Assembly (NCBI GenBank): GCA_027371535.1
Contig: DAHXMV010000002.1
Span: 67,494 to 131,493, forward strand
Direction: 5' to 3'
Length of the DNA: 64,000 bases
DNA from: Candidatus Amesbacteria bacterium
Lineage (GTDB): Bacteria; Patescibacteriota; Microgenomatia; CAZETR01; Amesbacteraceae
The position numbers were made by a program, and so were the translations under genes. The stretch's first letter is position 1; the number at the start of each line of letters is the position of its first letter. The notes beneath the pieces were generated by a model. That model did no database searches, was not told the DNA's origin, and worked only from the letters and a program-made list of their open reading frames with translations. Shown one piece after another: positions 34,995 through 44,375 of the stretch.

Positions 34995-36401
34995 ATGGCG
35001 GATAAATTTTATATCACCACTGCGATTGACTACACGAATGACGTTATACACGTAGGTCATTCCTACCAAAAAATACTGGCTGACGTAATAGCAAGGTATC
35101 ACAGGGATATCAAGAAGGATGAGACTTATTTTTTAACCGGGACTGACGAACATGGGCAAAAAGTGGAAAAGAGCGCTATTGAAAAAGGGATTGAACCTAA
35201 GAAATTTGTCGACGAAATCGCAGCTGCAGATAAGGCTGAATGGGATGCATTAAACGTTTCATACGACAGGTTTTTCAGAACTACGGATGACGATCACATC
35301 AAATTTGCCCAGGAATTCTATTTAAAATCCAAAGCTGCCGGGGACATTTACTTAGGTAAATATGAAGGGTGGTATTGCGAAGGATGTGAAGCTTATTATG
35401 ACGAGTCTGACTTGGTAGACGGTAAGTGCCCATTACATCCCAATAAACAAATACAAAAACTGGTTGAGGAAAATTATTTTTTCAGACTATCCAAATACCA
35501 AAAGCTAATTGAAGGACTACTGAATGAGGGGTCGACTTTTGTAGTACCAGACAGTAAAAGAGGCGAGATTTTAAGTTTTGTCAAACGGGGGTTGAAAGAT
35601 TTTTCCGTGAGCCGAAAAAATGTCAAATGGGGAATTCCAGTACCGGATGATCCCGATCACACAATATATGTCTGGTTTGATGCACTGATTAATTATTTAA
35701 CATACGGAATAGAAAATAATTGCTGGCCGGCTGACATACATGTTTTGGGTAAAGATAACCAAAGATTCCATGCCGTGTATTGGCCGGCAATGTTAAAAAG
35801 CGCCGGCTATGATCTGCCAAAAATTATTTTGGTTCATGATTTTCTAAGTCTAAACGGACAAAAAATCAGCAAGTCGTTGGGAAATGTCATCAGGCCTTCC
35901 GAGCTGGTAAAAAAATTCGGGACGGATGGGGTAAGATACTTCTTTTTAAGATATGGTCCTTTAGGAAACGACGTGGATGTAACGATAGAAAAAATTACAG
36001 AAGCATACAACGCCGATCTGGCCAATGGTTTAGGAAACGTAGTAGCAAGGGTATCCAAGATGGCGGAAAGCTCGGGAGTGGAATTTGAGGAAACAAATAT
36101 TCCACAAGGTATCTACCGGGAACAACAAATAAAATTAATCGAAGAGTTCAGAATTAATGATGTTCTGGCAAATATGTGGAATCTGGACCTGCGACCAATC
36201 GACATTCATGTAAATCGGGAGACTCCGTGGACCAGAAAAGGCAATGATCTAAAAGAAGCGCTGCAGTTTGAAATTAATGAAATCAGGATTCTTGCAAATA
36301 GATTGCAGCCCTTTTTACCGAACACGGCAAAGAAAATACTGGAGCAGTTTAGGGGACCGAAAATAAAAGCATTGCCGCCGTTGTTTCCGAGAATAAAGTA
36401 A
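34995..36401 (+). CDS. metG: Methionyl-tRNA synthetase (short form)
   Basis: HVGHSYQ (HIGH), QKISKSLGN (KMSKS), zinc knuckle CEGCEAYYDESDLVDGKCPLH. Confidence 0.88.
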   Translation: MADKFYITTAIDYTNDVIHVGHSYQKILADVIARYHRDIKKDETYFLTGTDEHGQKVEKSAIEKGIEPKKFVDEIAAADKAEWDALNVSYDRFFRTTDDDHIKFAQEFYLKSKAAGDIYLGKYEGWYCEGCEAYYDESDLVDGKCPLHPNKQIQKLVEENYFFRLSKYQKLIEGLLNEGSTFVVPDSKRGEILSFVKRGLKDFSVSRKNVKWGIPVPDDPDHTIYVWFDALINYLTYGIENNCWPADIHVLGKDNQRFHAVYWPAMLKSAGYDLPKIILVHDFLSLNGQKISKSLGNVIRPSELVKKFGTDGVRYFFLRYGPLGNDVDVTIEKITEAYNADLANGLGNVVARVSKMAESSGVEFEETNIPQGIYREQQIKLIEEFRINDVLANMWNLDLRPIDIHVNRETPWTRKGNDLKEALQFEINEIRILANRLQPFLPNTAKKILEQFRGPKIKALPPLFPRIK

Positions 36402-36410
36402 GATAGAGGT

Positions 36411-37124
36411 ATGGTGGATGTGCATTGCCATGAAGGAACAGATATCAGCGATCCGGGGATTATCAGAATAATCAACGGCACAGATCCGGAATCTAGCGTT
36501 AACGCTATAGAATCGGCAAATAAAAATAGTCATGTCTGGGCATGTGTCGGTATTCATCCGGAAGAGATTAACGATTCAAGATTTATGATTCATGAATTAA
36601 AACAAAACCTAAAGAGGCTGGCGCAAAATAATAAGGTTGTGGGGGTGGGAGAGGTGGGTTTGGATTACCGACAGGGAATCTCAGAGACGGATAAAAACAA
36701 ACAAAAAGAAATATTCATTAAAATGATTGAGTTGGCTATTGAAACCGGATTGCCTATAGTAGTACATAACAGAAACGCAGATGAAGACATCTTACAAATG
36801 CTCTATGCTCACAGTTCACTACTAAAAGATAAAATTTTGATGCATTGCTTTACCAGAAACACGGATTTCATGGACAAAATGGCAGATCTGGGTGCATATT
36901 TCAGTTTCGGCGGATTCCTGCTCGGGGAGAACAACAGCCGGGTACGAAAAGCGGCAAAAATGGCACCAGAAGACCGGATACTTCTGGAAACTGACGGACC
37001 TTTTACTAAAACCGATGTTAAAATTGTAGCCAGTGAACTAGCCAGGGCCCGGGGGCTGACGGAGGTTAAAACTGACCAATTAACCTCGGAAAATGCCAGA
37101 CGCCTGTTTACCAAAATGATATGA
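36411..37124 (+). CDS. tatD: TatD-family metal-dependent DNase/hydrolase
   Basis: MVDVHCHEG…VGEVGLDYRQ…LETDGPF. Confidence 0.75.
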   Translation: MVDVHCHEGTDISDPGIIRIINGTDPESSVNAIESANKNSHVWACVGIHPEEINDSRFMIHELKQNLKRLAQNNKVVGVGEVGLDYRQGISETDKNKQKEIFIKMIELAIETGLPIVVHNRNADEDILQMLYAHSSLLKDKILMHCFTRNTDFMDKMADLGAYFSFGGFLLGENNSRVRKAAKMAPEDRILLETDGPFTKTDVKIVASELARARGLTEVKTDQLTSENARRLFTKMI

Positions 37125-38584
37125 CCAGACGTAGATTATTGGAGATAGCCCCGGGATTTGTCAGTTGGAACATGATTCTATTTCTTGTCTGGGGAGGGTT
37201 CTTTTTTCCCGTATTTACGGCCTATTTTATATTAGCTTTCGACGTATTCTGGGTGTGGAAAGGTTTTGAACTCACAATTGCCTCAATGATTTCCCACCTG
37301 AGAATCAGGGCCGCAGAACAACTGGACTGGATGAATGAAGTAAAAGGCTTCGGTGACTGGAAAAAAGTCAGGCATGTAGTGATATTGCTGATAGCAAATG
37401 AGCCTGTAGACACCTATAAAAGAACTCTGGGGGCATTAACAAAACAAACCCTGCCGCTGTCACAAATCGCGGTGGTGATGGCAACAGAAGAAAGGTTTCC
37501 GAACGGGAAAAATGAATCGGAAAAACTGAGAGGGTCGCTGGGGAAGAAATTCGGCGAATATCTAATTACCGTGCACCCGGCGGCGATTCCGGGTGAAATC
37601 AAAGGTAAGTCGTCCAACGAAGCCTGGGCTGCCAAAGAGGCTAAAAGAATGCTGGTCGATGAAAAGGGCTGGGATATTGACTACACAACCATGACTTCAA
37701 ACGACGCTGATGCCATCCTGCACCACCAATATTTCGCTTATCTGACTTTTAAATTCCTTGACGATCCCAACAGATACCGAAAATTCTGGCAGCCGGCAAT
37801 TGTGTTTTACAATAATATCTGGAAGCTGCCCGCTTTAACCAGAATCATTAACGTGTTTTCCAACGTCTGGCAAATCGGTTTGCTGGTCAGAAAAGACAGA
37901 TTAATTAATTTTTCCAACTATACCGGATCCCTTAAAATGATAGATGATATCGGATATTGGGATACAGATGTAATACCGGAGGATTACCGGATCTTTTTCA
38001 AAGCTTTTTTCAAATTGGACGGGAATGTGGAAGTCGAACCGATATTTCTGCCGTCCTCTGCAGATGCGGCACAATCGTCTTCGACATGGAAAACTTTTAT
38101 CAACGAGTACGAACAGAAAAAAAGATGGGCCTGGGGAGTATCAGACTTACCCTTATTTATAGAAATGTACCTAAAACAACCCAGGATATCTTTTGTAAAT
38201 AAAACATTAAGAGTGTTCAGGGTGGTAGAGGATCATCTATTATGGCCAGTGAATTGGTTTATTATTACCATCGGGGTGTCGATTGTGACGATAGTAAACC
38301 CGGTGTTTAAGCGGACAGTTCTGGGCTTCATGCTACCGAGAATTTCATCCGGAATCCTGACTGTGTCGCTATTGTTTCTGATTGTAATTCTATACATTGA
38401 GTTCCGCCACCGCCCATCAAGACCAAAAGACGTGCCGGCATGGAGAGCCTGGCTGTCGCCATTGGAATTCATCCTAATGCCAATTTCCGGCTTTTTTTTC
38501 AATGCCCTACCAGGCCTGGATGCGCATACCAGGCTGATGCTTGGCAAATATATTGAATATCGGATTACAGAAAAAGTTAAATAA
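37121..38584 (+). CDS. Membrane-embedded GT2 glycosyltransferase (synthase-like; TM helices flank the catalytic domain)
   Basis: N-terminal 2 TM, then VVILLIANEPVDTYKRTLGAL (GT-A), NDAD (DxD-like), C-terminal 3-4 TM. Confidence 0.55.
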   Translation: MTRRRLLEIAPGFVSWNMILFLVWGGFFFPVFTAYFILAFDVFWVWKGFELTIASMISHLRIRAAEQLDWMNEVKGFGDWKKVRHVVILLIANEPVDTYKRTLGALTKQTLPLSQIAVVMATEERFPNGKNESEKLRGSLGKKFGEYLITVHPAAIPGEIKGKSSNEAWAAKEAKRMLVDEKGWDIDYTTMTSNDADAILHHQYFAYLTFKFLDDPNRYRKFWQPAIVFYNNIWKLPALTRIINVFSNVWQIGLLVRKDRLINFSNYTGSLKMIDDIGYWDTDVIPEDYRIFFKAFFKLDGNVEVEPIFLPSSADAAQSSSTWKTFINEYEQKKRWAWGVSDLPLFIEMYLKQPRISFVNKTLRVFRVVEDHLLWPVNWFIITIGVSIVTIVNPVFKRTVLGFMLPRISSGILTVSLLFLIVILYIEFRHRPSRPKDVPAWRAWLSPLEFILMPISGFFFNALPGLDAHTRLMLGKYIEYRITEKVK

Positions 38585-38589
38585 TTTAA

Positions 38590-38617
38590 CTTTTTCTGCG
38601 CTTGCGCGAGAGAAAAA
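38590..38617. terminator. Possible bidirectional terminator-like hairpin after the GT2 gene
   Basis: ctttttct…agaaaaag 8-bp outer stem enclosing a gcgc-tt-gcgc mini-hairpin. A/T-runs on both sides. Weak. Confidence 0.25.
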
Positions 38618-38664
38618 GTAAAATAAATTTACAATTTACATTATAAAATTTAAAATTAAAGAAA

Positions 38665-40104
38665 ATGCAGAAGAGAAATTGGGGGTTGGGAATTATTCTG
38701 GCAGTGACATTATTTTTGCGGATCCCCAGCCTGTTTGAACCATACTGGTACGGAGATGAAGCCATCTACTTAACCATCGGGCAGGCGATTTACAAAGGGG
38801 TGCGATTATATGCCCAGATTTACGATAATAAACCACCTTTAATTTATTTGGTGGCAGCTGTGGTTGACGGAAACCTCTTCTGGTACAAGTTTGTGCTCTT
38901 AATTTGGGTTTTGGTTACAATATGGGTTTTTTACAAACTGGCGGAAAAAATATTTGAAAAAAGGTTGTGGGTGATGATCTCGACTGCGATTTTTGCATTC
39001 GGGACTTCGTGGACAAAACTGGAGGGTAATATAGGAAATGCAGAGTTGTTTTTTTTACCGTTCACAGTCACAACGGTATGGTTGTTGTGGGAACATAAAC
39101 CAGACTTAAAGAGGATTTTTTTGGCGGGAATACTGCTGGGCTTAGGAGGATTATTCAAAGTCCCGGCAGTGCTGGAGGCGGCCATCTGGCCATTAGTCTG
39201 GATAGTTTTTGGGGACAGAGACTGGTGGAGAAAAACCCTGGTGTTCGGGTCAGGGGTGGCTTTACCTATACTGGCAAGCCTGGGCTATTTTTTGGCCAAC
39301 GGCAGTCTGGATGAATATATTAAAGCCGTCTGGATACAGAACCTGCCTTACATCTTGTCATGGAAGGCTACCACCGAAGCGGCAGGGATTTTTTCATTAA
39401 AAGCCAGGGCTGCCCTGATGTTTATTTTAGGGGCGCCGATATTGGGATTGTCAAAGAGGATAGGGAAAAGGGGTGTTATTATCGGCCTTTGGGGTCTAAT
39501 AGCTCTTTTTGCGGCACTGCTTTCTGGCCGTCCATACCCGCATTACATGCTGCAGGCTCTGGCTGCTTTAGCGTTGTGTCCGGGTTTATTAGTAACCGGC
39601 AAAATTTGGGAAAAAATTATCGGCGGGCTATTAATCATACTGACGGCCGGGGTGGTGGTGATGTTTAATTTTTATAATTATGCCACCATCAATTACTATG
39701 CAAATTTTATAAGCTGGGTATTCAAAAAGGAAAGCACCCAAAGTTATATCGGATGGTTTGACCCCCAGGTAAACAATAATTATAAAATCGCGGAACTGGT
39801 TAAGGCCGGAAGTCTGCCACAGGATAAAATATTTGTCTGGGGAGATATGCCGATGCTATATGCCCTGACCAAAAGAAGTCCGGTAGGCAAATACACGGTT
39901 AAATATCATATTAAAGAATTAAATGCGGAAAATGAAACCATGGAAATGTTAATTTCAAATCCGCCAAAATATATCATTGATTTCGGTAGCCATCAGGATT
40001 TGCCCGGATTATCCGGTTTATTAAATGATGCGTATCTGCTGCAAAAAAACGTCGGACAGGTGATGATATGGCGGCTTTCCCCATTAGACCAGGCAGGTAA
40101 TTAA
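38665..40104 (+). CDS. GT-C glycosyltransferase, ArnT/PMT_2-like
   Basis: EPYWYGDEAIYLTIGQAIYKG…YDNKPPLIY; the DE loop plus DNKPPL motif are typical of ArnT-type lipid-linked sugar transferases. Confidence 0.65.
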   Translation: MQKRNWGLGIILAVTLFLRIPSLFEPYWYGDEAIYLTIGQAIYKGVRLYAQIYDNKPPLIYLVAAVVDGNLFWYKFVLLIWVLVTIWVFYKLAEKIFEKRLWVMISTAIFAFGTSWTKLEGNIGNAELFFLPFTVTTVWLLWEHKPDLKRIFLAGILLGLGGLFKVPAVLEAAIWPLVWIVFGDRDWWRKTLVFGSGVALPILASLGYFLANGSLDEYIKAVWIQNLPYILSWKATTEAAGIFSLKARAALMFILGAPILGLSKRIGKRGVIIGLWGLIALFAALLSGRPYPHYMLQALAALALCPGLLVTGKIWEKIIGGLLIILTAGVVVMFNFYNYATINYYANFISWVFKKESTQSYIGWFDPQVNNNYKIAELVKAGSLPQDKIFVWGDMPMLYALTKRSPVGKYTVKYHIKELNAENETMEMLISNPPKYIIDFGSHQDLPGLSGLLNDAYLLQKNVGQVMIWRLSPLDQAGN

Positions 40105-40119
40105 AGATATAATCGGGAC

Positions 40120-40470
40120 GTGGAAAAACCTAATTGGGATGTGTGGGTAAAAAGGCTGTTGCTTTGGCAGTGGGTAGCGATGACCGCGGGGGTGGTGGCG
40201 GAGATCGGGGTTTGGATTTTTTTCGGTAAACATTTACCGCCCCAGGTGCCTCTTTTTTACAGCCGGCCGTGGGGCGATGAACAACTGGCAAACACGGTCT
40301 ATCTAATATTGCCGGCGGGGATAGCCGCATTACTTGCGTTGGTGATAACGTTTCTGGTATCCAGATTCAATGTGGACAAAGTATTGACGGTGATAATGTT
40401 AGGAGCCGGAATCATTGCGGAAATCATGCTATTGCTCTCAGTTTTAAGGGCGATTATTATCGTAATGTAA
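40120..40470 (+). CDS. Small membrane protein (116 aa, 3-4 TM)
   Basis: Ends 1 bp before the WecA-like start; probable operon member. Confidence 0.4.
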   Translation: MEKPNWDVWVKRLLLWQWVAMTAGVVAEIGVWIFFGKHLPPQVPLFYSRPWGDEQLANTVYLILPAGIAALLALVITFLVSRFNVDKVLTVIMLGAGIIAEIMLLLSVLRAIIIVM

Positions 40471-41568
40471 ATGAATAGCAGCTGGTGGCTTTTTATACAA
40501 CCGGCAATAATAGCCGGAATTACGTCATTTGCGGTTTCCGGCGCGGTGGTGAAATGGGGTAAAAAACTCAAGATTATTGATGATCCCAAAAAACACCTAT
40601 TGCCGAAGGTGGTACATGAAAAAGCTGTCCCCAGAGGAGGGGGAATACCGATATTGGCAGCGCTTTTAATCGGAGGTGGTCTGTTTTTACCAGCAAATAC
40701 CCGAACCTGGGCAATAACCCTGGGCGGGATGCTTCTGGCAATGGTTGGCCATTTAGATGACAGATTTGAGGAAAAGATTTCTCCATACCCGAGACTCGCT
40801 GTCAATGCTCTGGCGGCACTCCTGGTGATCGGGGCCGGAATCGGAATTGCCTATATTACCAACCCGATGGGCGGAGTACTGAGACTGGATATACCTCAGA
40901 TATGTTTTGTGTCGGCAGGCCGACAGCATTGCATATGGATACTTTCAGATATTTTTGCCCTGATATGGCTGGTGTGGATGCAGAACATGGTCGGTTGGAG
41001 CAGCGGAGTTGACGGACAATTGCCCGGCTTTGTAATTATCGCGGCGGTAGCAATTGCAATTCTGGGAATCAGAACCGGGAGTACTACCCAAACAGAAGTG
41101 GTTATACTCTCCGGGATTATAGCCGGGGCCTACTGTGGATTCCTACCCTGGAACTGGTACCCACAAAAAATGATGACTGGTTACGGCGGTAAAAGCCTGG
41201 CCGGATTTCTGTTGGGGCTTTTGGCGATTATGTCGGGAGCAAAAGTGGGAGCAATGTTTATGGTACTTTCGGTACCGTTTATTGACGGTATCCTGGTAAT
41301 TATTAAAAGGGTACGGGAAAGCAGATCACCAGTTCAGGGCGGAAGGGAACACCTGCACCATTTACTCTTAGACAGGGGGTGGAGCAAACCGAAAATAGCA
41401 TTATTTTACTGGGGAATATCATTAATATTTGCCGTTTTGGCACTGCAATTGAAAGCGGGGGCCAAGTACTTTACAATGGCCACAGGGATCTTAATTATTA
41501 CGGGAATAATATGGTGGTTACAAAACTGGTCAACCTACTCAAAACAGCCAGGCCCAGACAATGGGTAA
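40471..41568 (+). CDS. Polyprenyl-phosphate N-acetylhexosamine-1-phosphate transferase (MraY/WecA family, GT4 PNPT)
   Basis: LLAMVGHLDDRFE (DDxxE-type Mg/substrate motif), 10-11 TM, C-terminal HLHH-like REHLHHLLL. Confidence 0.7.
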   Translation: MNSSWWLFIQPAIIAGITSFAVSGAVVKWGKKLKIIDDPKKHLLPKVVHEKAVPRGGGIPILAALLIGGGLFLPANTRTWAITLGGMLLAMVGHLDDRFEEKISPYPRLAVNALAALLVIGAGIGIAYITNPMGGVLRLDIPQICFVSAGRQHCIWILSDIFALIWLVWMQNMVGWSSGVDGQLPGFVIIAAVAIAILGIRTGSTTQTEVVILSGIIAGAYCGFLPWNWYPQKMMTGYGGKSLAGFLLGLLAIMSGAKVGAMFMVLSVPFIDGILVIIKRVRESRSPVQGGREHLHHLLLDRGWSKPKIALFYWGISLIFAVLALQLKAGAKYFTMATGILIITGIIWWLQNWSTYSKQPGPDNG

Positions 41569-42464
41569 AAAACCTGACGCTGTATGCGGCCCTGATTTTT
41601 ACAGGCAATATATACGGTTTCGACAAATGGATCCTGGATTTCGGTACAGTCACTGAGGCAGTACTGGCGTTTACCGTCGTGGCGGTAGCTATCTATTTCT
41701 TAAACGACGTAGTAGATATCAAAGCCGACCAGGCCCACCCGTTTAAGAAAAAAAGGCCAATCGCTTCAGGAAAAATTTCAACCATTGAAGCTTTAATTAT
41801 ATTTATAATCGGCGGCGTGACCGGTCTCTTATGGTCATACAAGCTAAGTCCACTATTTTTCGGGGCCGTAATCGCTTACTTTTTGATGCAGGTACTGTAT
41901 TCCCTGATTCTGAAAAACTTTGAGGTGGTGGATGTGTTTGTGATAGCTTTCGGATTCTTTCTGAGGGTATTTGCAGGGGCACTGGTCATCAATGCGCATC
42001 TGTCCATTTGGTTTTTGCTGTGCGTAATCTCAACGTCGCTGTTTATTGCCGTAGGCAAAAGAAGGGGAGAACTGGCAATCCTGACGGAACAGGCAGAAGT
42101 CCATCGGAAAGTAATGGGCAAATATACTGCCGACATTCTGGATGCTTACGTGTCTATTTTCGCTACATCAGCTTTTCTGTCATGGGCTTTGTATACATTT
42201 AACTTTTATGATCAGGGAGGCGGGTATATACCACAAACCGGAACTATAACCACCCTGGTATCGCGAACGCTGACAATCAATAAATGGCTGATGGCAACCA
42301 TCCCCGTGGTAATCTTCGGAATTATGAGGTATTTAAGAATTATATATGACGGCTCCAGGGCAGAGTCTCCGGAGAGAGTTATCCTGTCCGACGGACCATT
42401 ACTTTTAACGGTGTTGGTATGGATATTGATGGTAATGGGGGTATTATACGGAGTGTGGTTTTAA
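41511..42464 (+). CDS. UbiA-family prenyl-phosphate phosphoribosyltransferase-like (DPPR synthase-like)
   Basis: MVVTKLVNLLKTARPRQWVKNLTLYAALIF…FLNDVVDIKADQAHPFKKKRPIASGKIS matches NDxxDxxxD(x)…KxRP. Overlaps the WecA-like gene by 58 bp; longest ORF starts at 41379. Confidence 0.65.
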   Translation: MVVTKLVNLLKTARPRQWVKNLTLYAALIFTGNIYGFDKWILDFGTVTEAVLAFTVVAVAIYFLNDVVDIKADQAHPFKKKRPIASGKISTIEALIIFIIGGVTGLLWSYKLSPLFFGAVIAYFLMQVLYSLILKNFEVVDVFVIAFGFFLRVFAGALVINAHLSIWFLLCVISTSLFIAVGKRRGELAILTEQAEVHRKVMGKYTADILDAYVSIFATSAFLSWALYTFNFYDQGGGYIPQTGTITTLVSRTLTINKWLMATIPVVIFGIMRYLRIIYDGSRAESPERVILSDGPLLLTVLVWILMVMGVLYGVWF

Positions 42465-42466
42465 AA

Positions 42467-43378
42467 TCAGGGAGATTTTTTGGCGTATTGGCTGGATATC
42501 CAGCCGGAGGTAGTAGCCTGGAAGGAGCCAGAAATTTCATACCACCCAGTCCGAGAGCCTAATAGCGGATACGAATCACCGGGATTGACCCGGCCGATTT
42601 CAGAACTGTTTATATCGGGTCTTTGCCGGACCCTTAAGGAACCGGTGGGGGTAGAAGCAATTGAAACTGTCGGTTTTCCGGGAGGCGGAGTCGGTTTGAC
42701 CGCGGCTGAAGGGGTAGCGGTAGGAGTAACTCCGATCAAAGCCGGGGGAATAGCCGGAGTAACGGAAACCGCACCAGCTGCCAATTGGGCAATGACCGAC
42801 AGTTTGTAACCATTTACCGCTTTGGCGGTTAAAGAAATATCGCCGTAACCGGGAGAACTGATTTCTATCTGGTGGTCGGTAGGGGAAACGGAAGAGACGG
42901 TTAAGGGAGTAAAACCCTGGGGTTGATTGTCGACAGTGACGGAGGCGGTATCCGGAACGGAAGTGGTGATACTTAGGGAGGCGGTTTTGTCAGTTTGCGG
43001 GACGAGACTGATAATCTCGCCGGAGGACTGGTCGTCGGTGGCACCAAAATTCCGCCTGATGACAGTATAAATTTTGTCCGTCAGTTTGATCTGGGTCTGG
43101 TAGGAAGACAACACTGAAGAAGTTGATTCAGGGACGAGTTTAACCGTGACATCTCCGGGGGGGAACATTTTATCCAGGGGAGTCTGGCCAACCTGGACGT
43201 TGTTTACAAAGACCAAAGACGGGGGATCGGTTTCCACTTTTAAACCGGCTGTCGGTTTACCGGCGGCGGAGACACGAATGGTGACTACGCCCAAAAGGAC
43301 TCCGATACCAGCAAATGCCAGTCCCAGAGATATAAGTTTGGAGGTGTTCACAAGGGTAATATACCACAGAATAGGCAT
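42467..43378 (-). CDS. Secreted/membrane-anchored PEGA-domain protein with C-terminal SH3b domain
   Basis: N-terminal TM, PEGA-like VETDPPSLVFVNNVQVGQTPL, Pro/Thr linker, C-terminal GSLRVRQRPDINSSEIGRVNPGDSYPLLGSRTGWYEI (bacterial SH3). Confidence 0.55.
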   Translation of the reverse strand: MPILWYITLVNTSKLISLGLAFAGIGVLLGVVTIRVSAAGKPTAGLKVETDPPSLVFVNNVQVGQTPLDKMFPPGDVTVKLVPESTSSVLSSYQTQIKLTDKIYTVIRRNFGATDDQSSGEIISLVPQTDKTASLSITTSVPDTASVTVDNQPQGFTPLTVSSVSPTDHQIEISSPGYGDISLTAKAVNGYKLSVIAQLAAGAVSVTPAIPPALIGVTPTATPSAAVKPTPPPGKPTVSIASTPTGSLRVRQRPDINSSEIGRVNPGDSYPLLGSRTGWYEISGSFQATTSGWISSQYAKKSP

Positions 43379-43420
43379 TACTCAAGCCAGGGAATAAATG
43401 TTAGAATGGGTTGACTTTGT

Positions 43421-43494
43421 GGCCTGGTGGCGAAGTGGAAACGCGGCGGTCTGCAAAACCGCAACTGCGGGGGTTCGATTCCCCCCCAGGCCTC
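43421..43494 (+). tRNA. tRNA-Cys (anticodon GCA)
   Basis: Acceptor stem GGCCTGG/CCAGGCC with 7/7 pairs. Anticodon stem GCGGT/ACCGC with loop CTGCAAA. T-arm GGGGG-TTCGATT-CCCCC. Discriminator U73, the Cys identity element. Confidence 0.85.
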
Positions 43495-43516
43495 AATATT
43501 TTTTCCTTTAGAAATA

Positions 43517-43537
43517 CCGGAAAAATTATTTTTCCGG
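43517..43537 (+). terminator. Perfect 9-bp hairpin (ccggaaaaa-tta-tttttccgg) downstream of tRNA-Cys
   Basis: Palindrome read directly from the sequence. The stem is A/U-rich with its own U-run; possible tRNA 3' processing or terminator signal. Confidence 0.35.
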
Positions 43538-43611
43538 AATACTCAGAAAAGAGTAAAGACAGTCCCCTATTTGCCTGCCGAATATAACCCGAAACATACT
43601 ATAGGAAGAAT

Positions 43612-43641
43612 TTGACTTCAACCGTGGCTTCCCGGTATACT
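43612..43641 (+). promoter_or_regulatory. Putative sigma-70-type promoter (TTGACT-18-TATACT) for the M23 peptidase gene
   Basis: TTGACT at 43612-43617, TATACT at 43636-43641, 18-nt spacer. Confidence 0.4.
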
Positions 43642-43650
43642 TTAACGCAG

Positions 43651-43677
43651 ATCTCCGCGTTTGCAGGAGATTTTTTT
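43651..43677 (+). terminator. Hairpin (atctcc-N9-ggagat) followed by a T7 run: intrinsic-terminator-like element in the leader of the M23 gene
   Basis: 6-bp stem, 9-nt loop, then ttttttt, lying between the predicted -10 box and the ATG at 43698. Confidence 0.35.
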
Positions 43678-43697
43678 ATCCCCAAAATATCTTTTTT

Positions 43698-44375
43698 ATG
43701 AAAAACTGGAAACGCTGGATATTTAAAAAAACCGAAGCAGTGATTTCGGAAGCCACTGCTCCCCTATCTATAAAGGAGATGGCTTTCCAGGCAGCCAACT
43801 TTGCCGCCAGCTGCGGCCAGAGCAATCCCTTAAGTTTTGCCCTGAGACCGGTAGTAACGCACCGACATCTGAGGCTGACAGTGGGGTTGGTACTGACGAT
43901 ATTTGTATTAATAATGGCCTTGTATTCTCCATTCCCTACAAAAGCAAGCGGTTCGGCAACAACCGCCGAAGCGATCGCCGGCGAGGGCGAGGCCCAATTA
44001 ATTACCAAACCCGGAGTGGTCAGTCCCCTACCCAGATTAAACGTAACCCAGGGTTTCTGGCTGCTGCACGCTGGCATAGACCTAGCCACACCACTGGGAA
44101 CCCCGGTGAAGCCGATTATGAAGGGGGTGGTAACCAGAGCCGACTACGATCTTTTCGGATACGGGAATATGGTGGTGATTTCCCACGGAGCGGATTTTGA
44201 AAGCCTGTATGCCCATTTATCCAAAATCAACGTCAAGGAAGGTGAAACTGTGACTTCGGACACCGTGATCGGGTTGTCCGGGTCGACAGGAAGGTCTACT
44301 GGGCCACATTTACATCTGGAGATACATCAGGACGGGAAAGCGATCGATCCGGCACCAATTTTAGGTTTGAAGTAG
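43698..44375 (+). CDS. M23-family (lysostaphin-like) peptidoglycan metalloendopeptidase
   Basis: HAGIDLATPLGTPV…GYGNMVVISHG…GSTGRSTGPHLHLEIH contains the HxxxD and HxH zinc motifs. N-terminal TM. Confidence 0.8.
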   Translation: MKNWKRWIFKKTEAVISEATAPLSIKEMAFQAANFAASCGQSNPLSFALRPVVTHRHLRLTVGLVLTIFVLIMALYSPFPTKASGSATTAEAIAGEGEAQLITKPGVVSPLPRLNVTQGFWLLHAGIDLATPLGTPVKPIMKGVVTRADYDLFGYGNMVVISHGADFESLYAHLSKINVKEGETVTSDTVIGLSGSTGRSTGPHLHLEIHQDGKAIDPAPILGLK

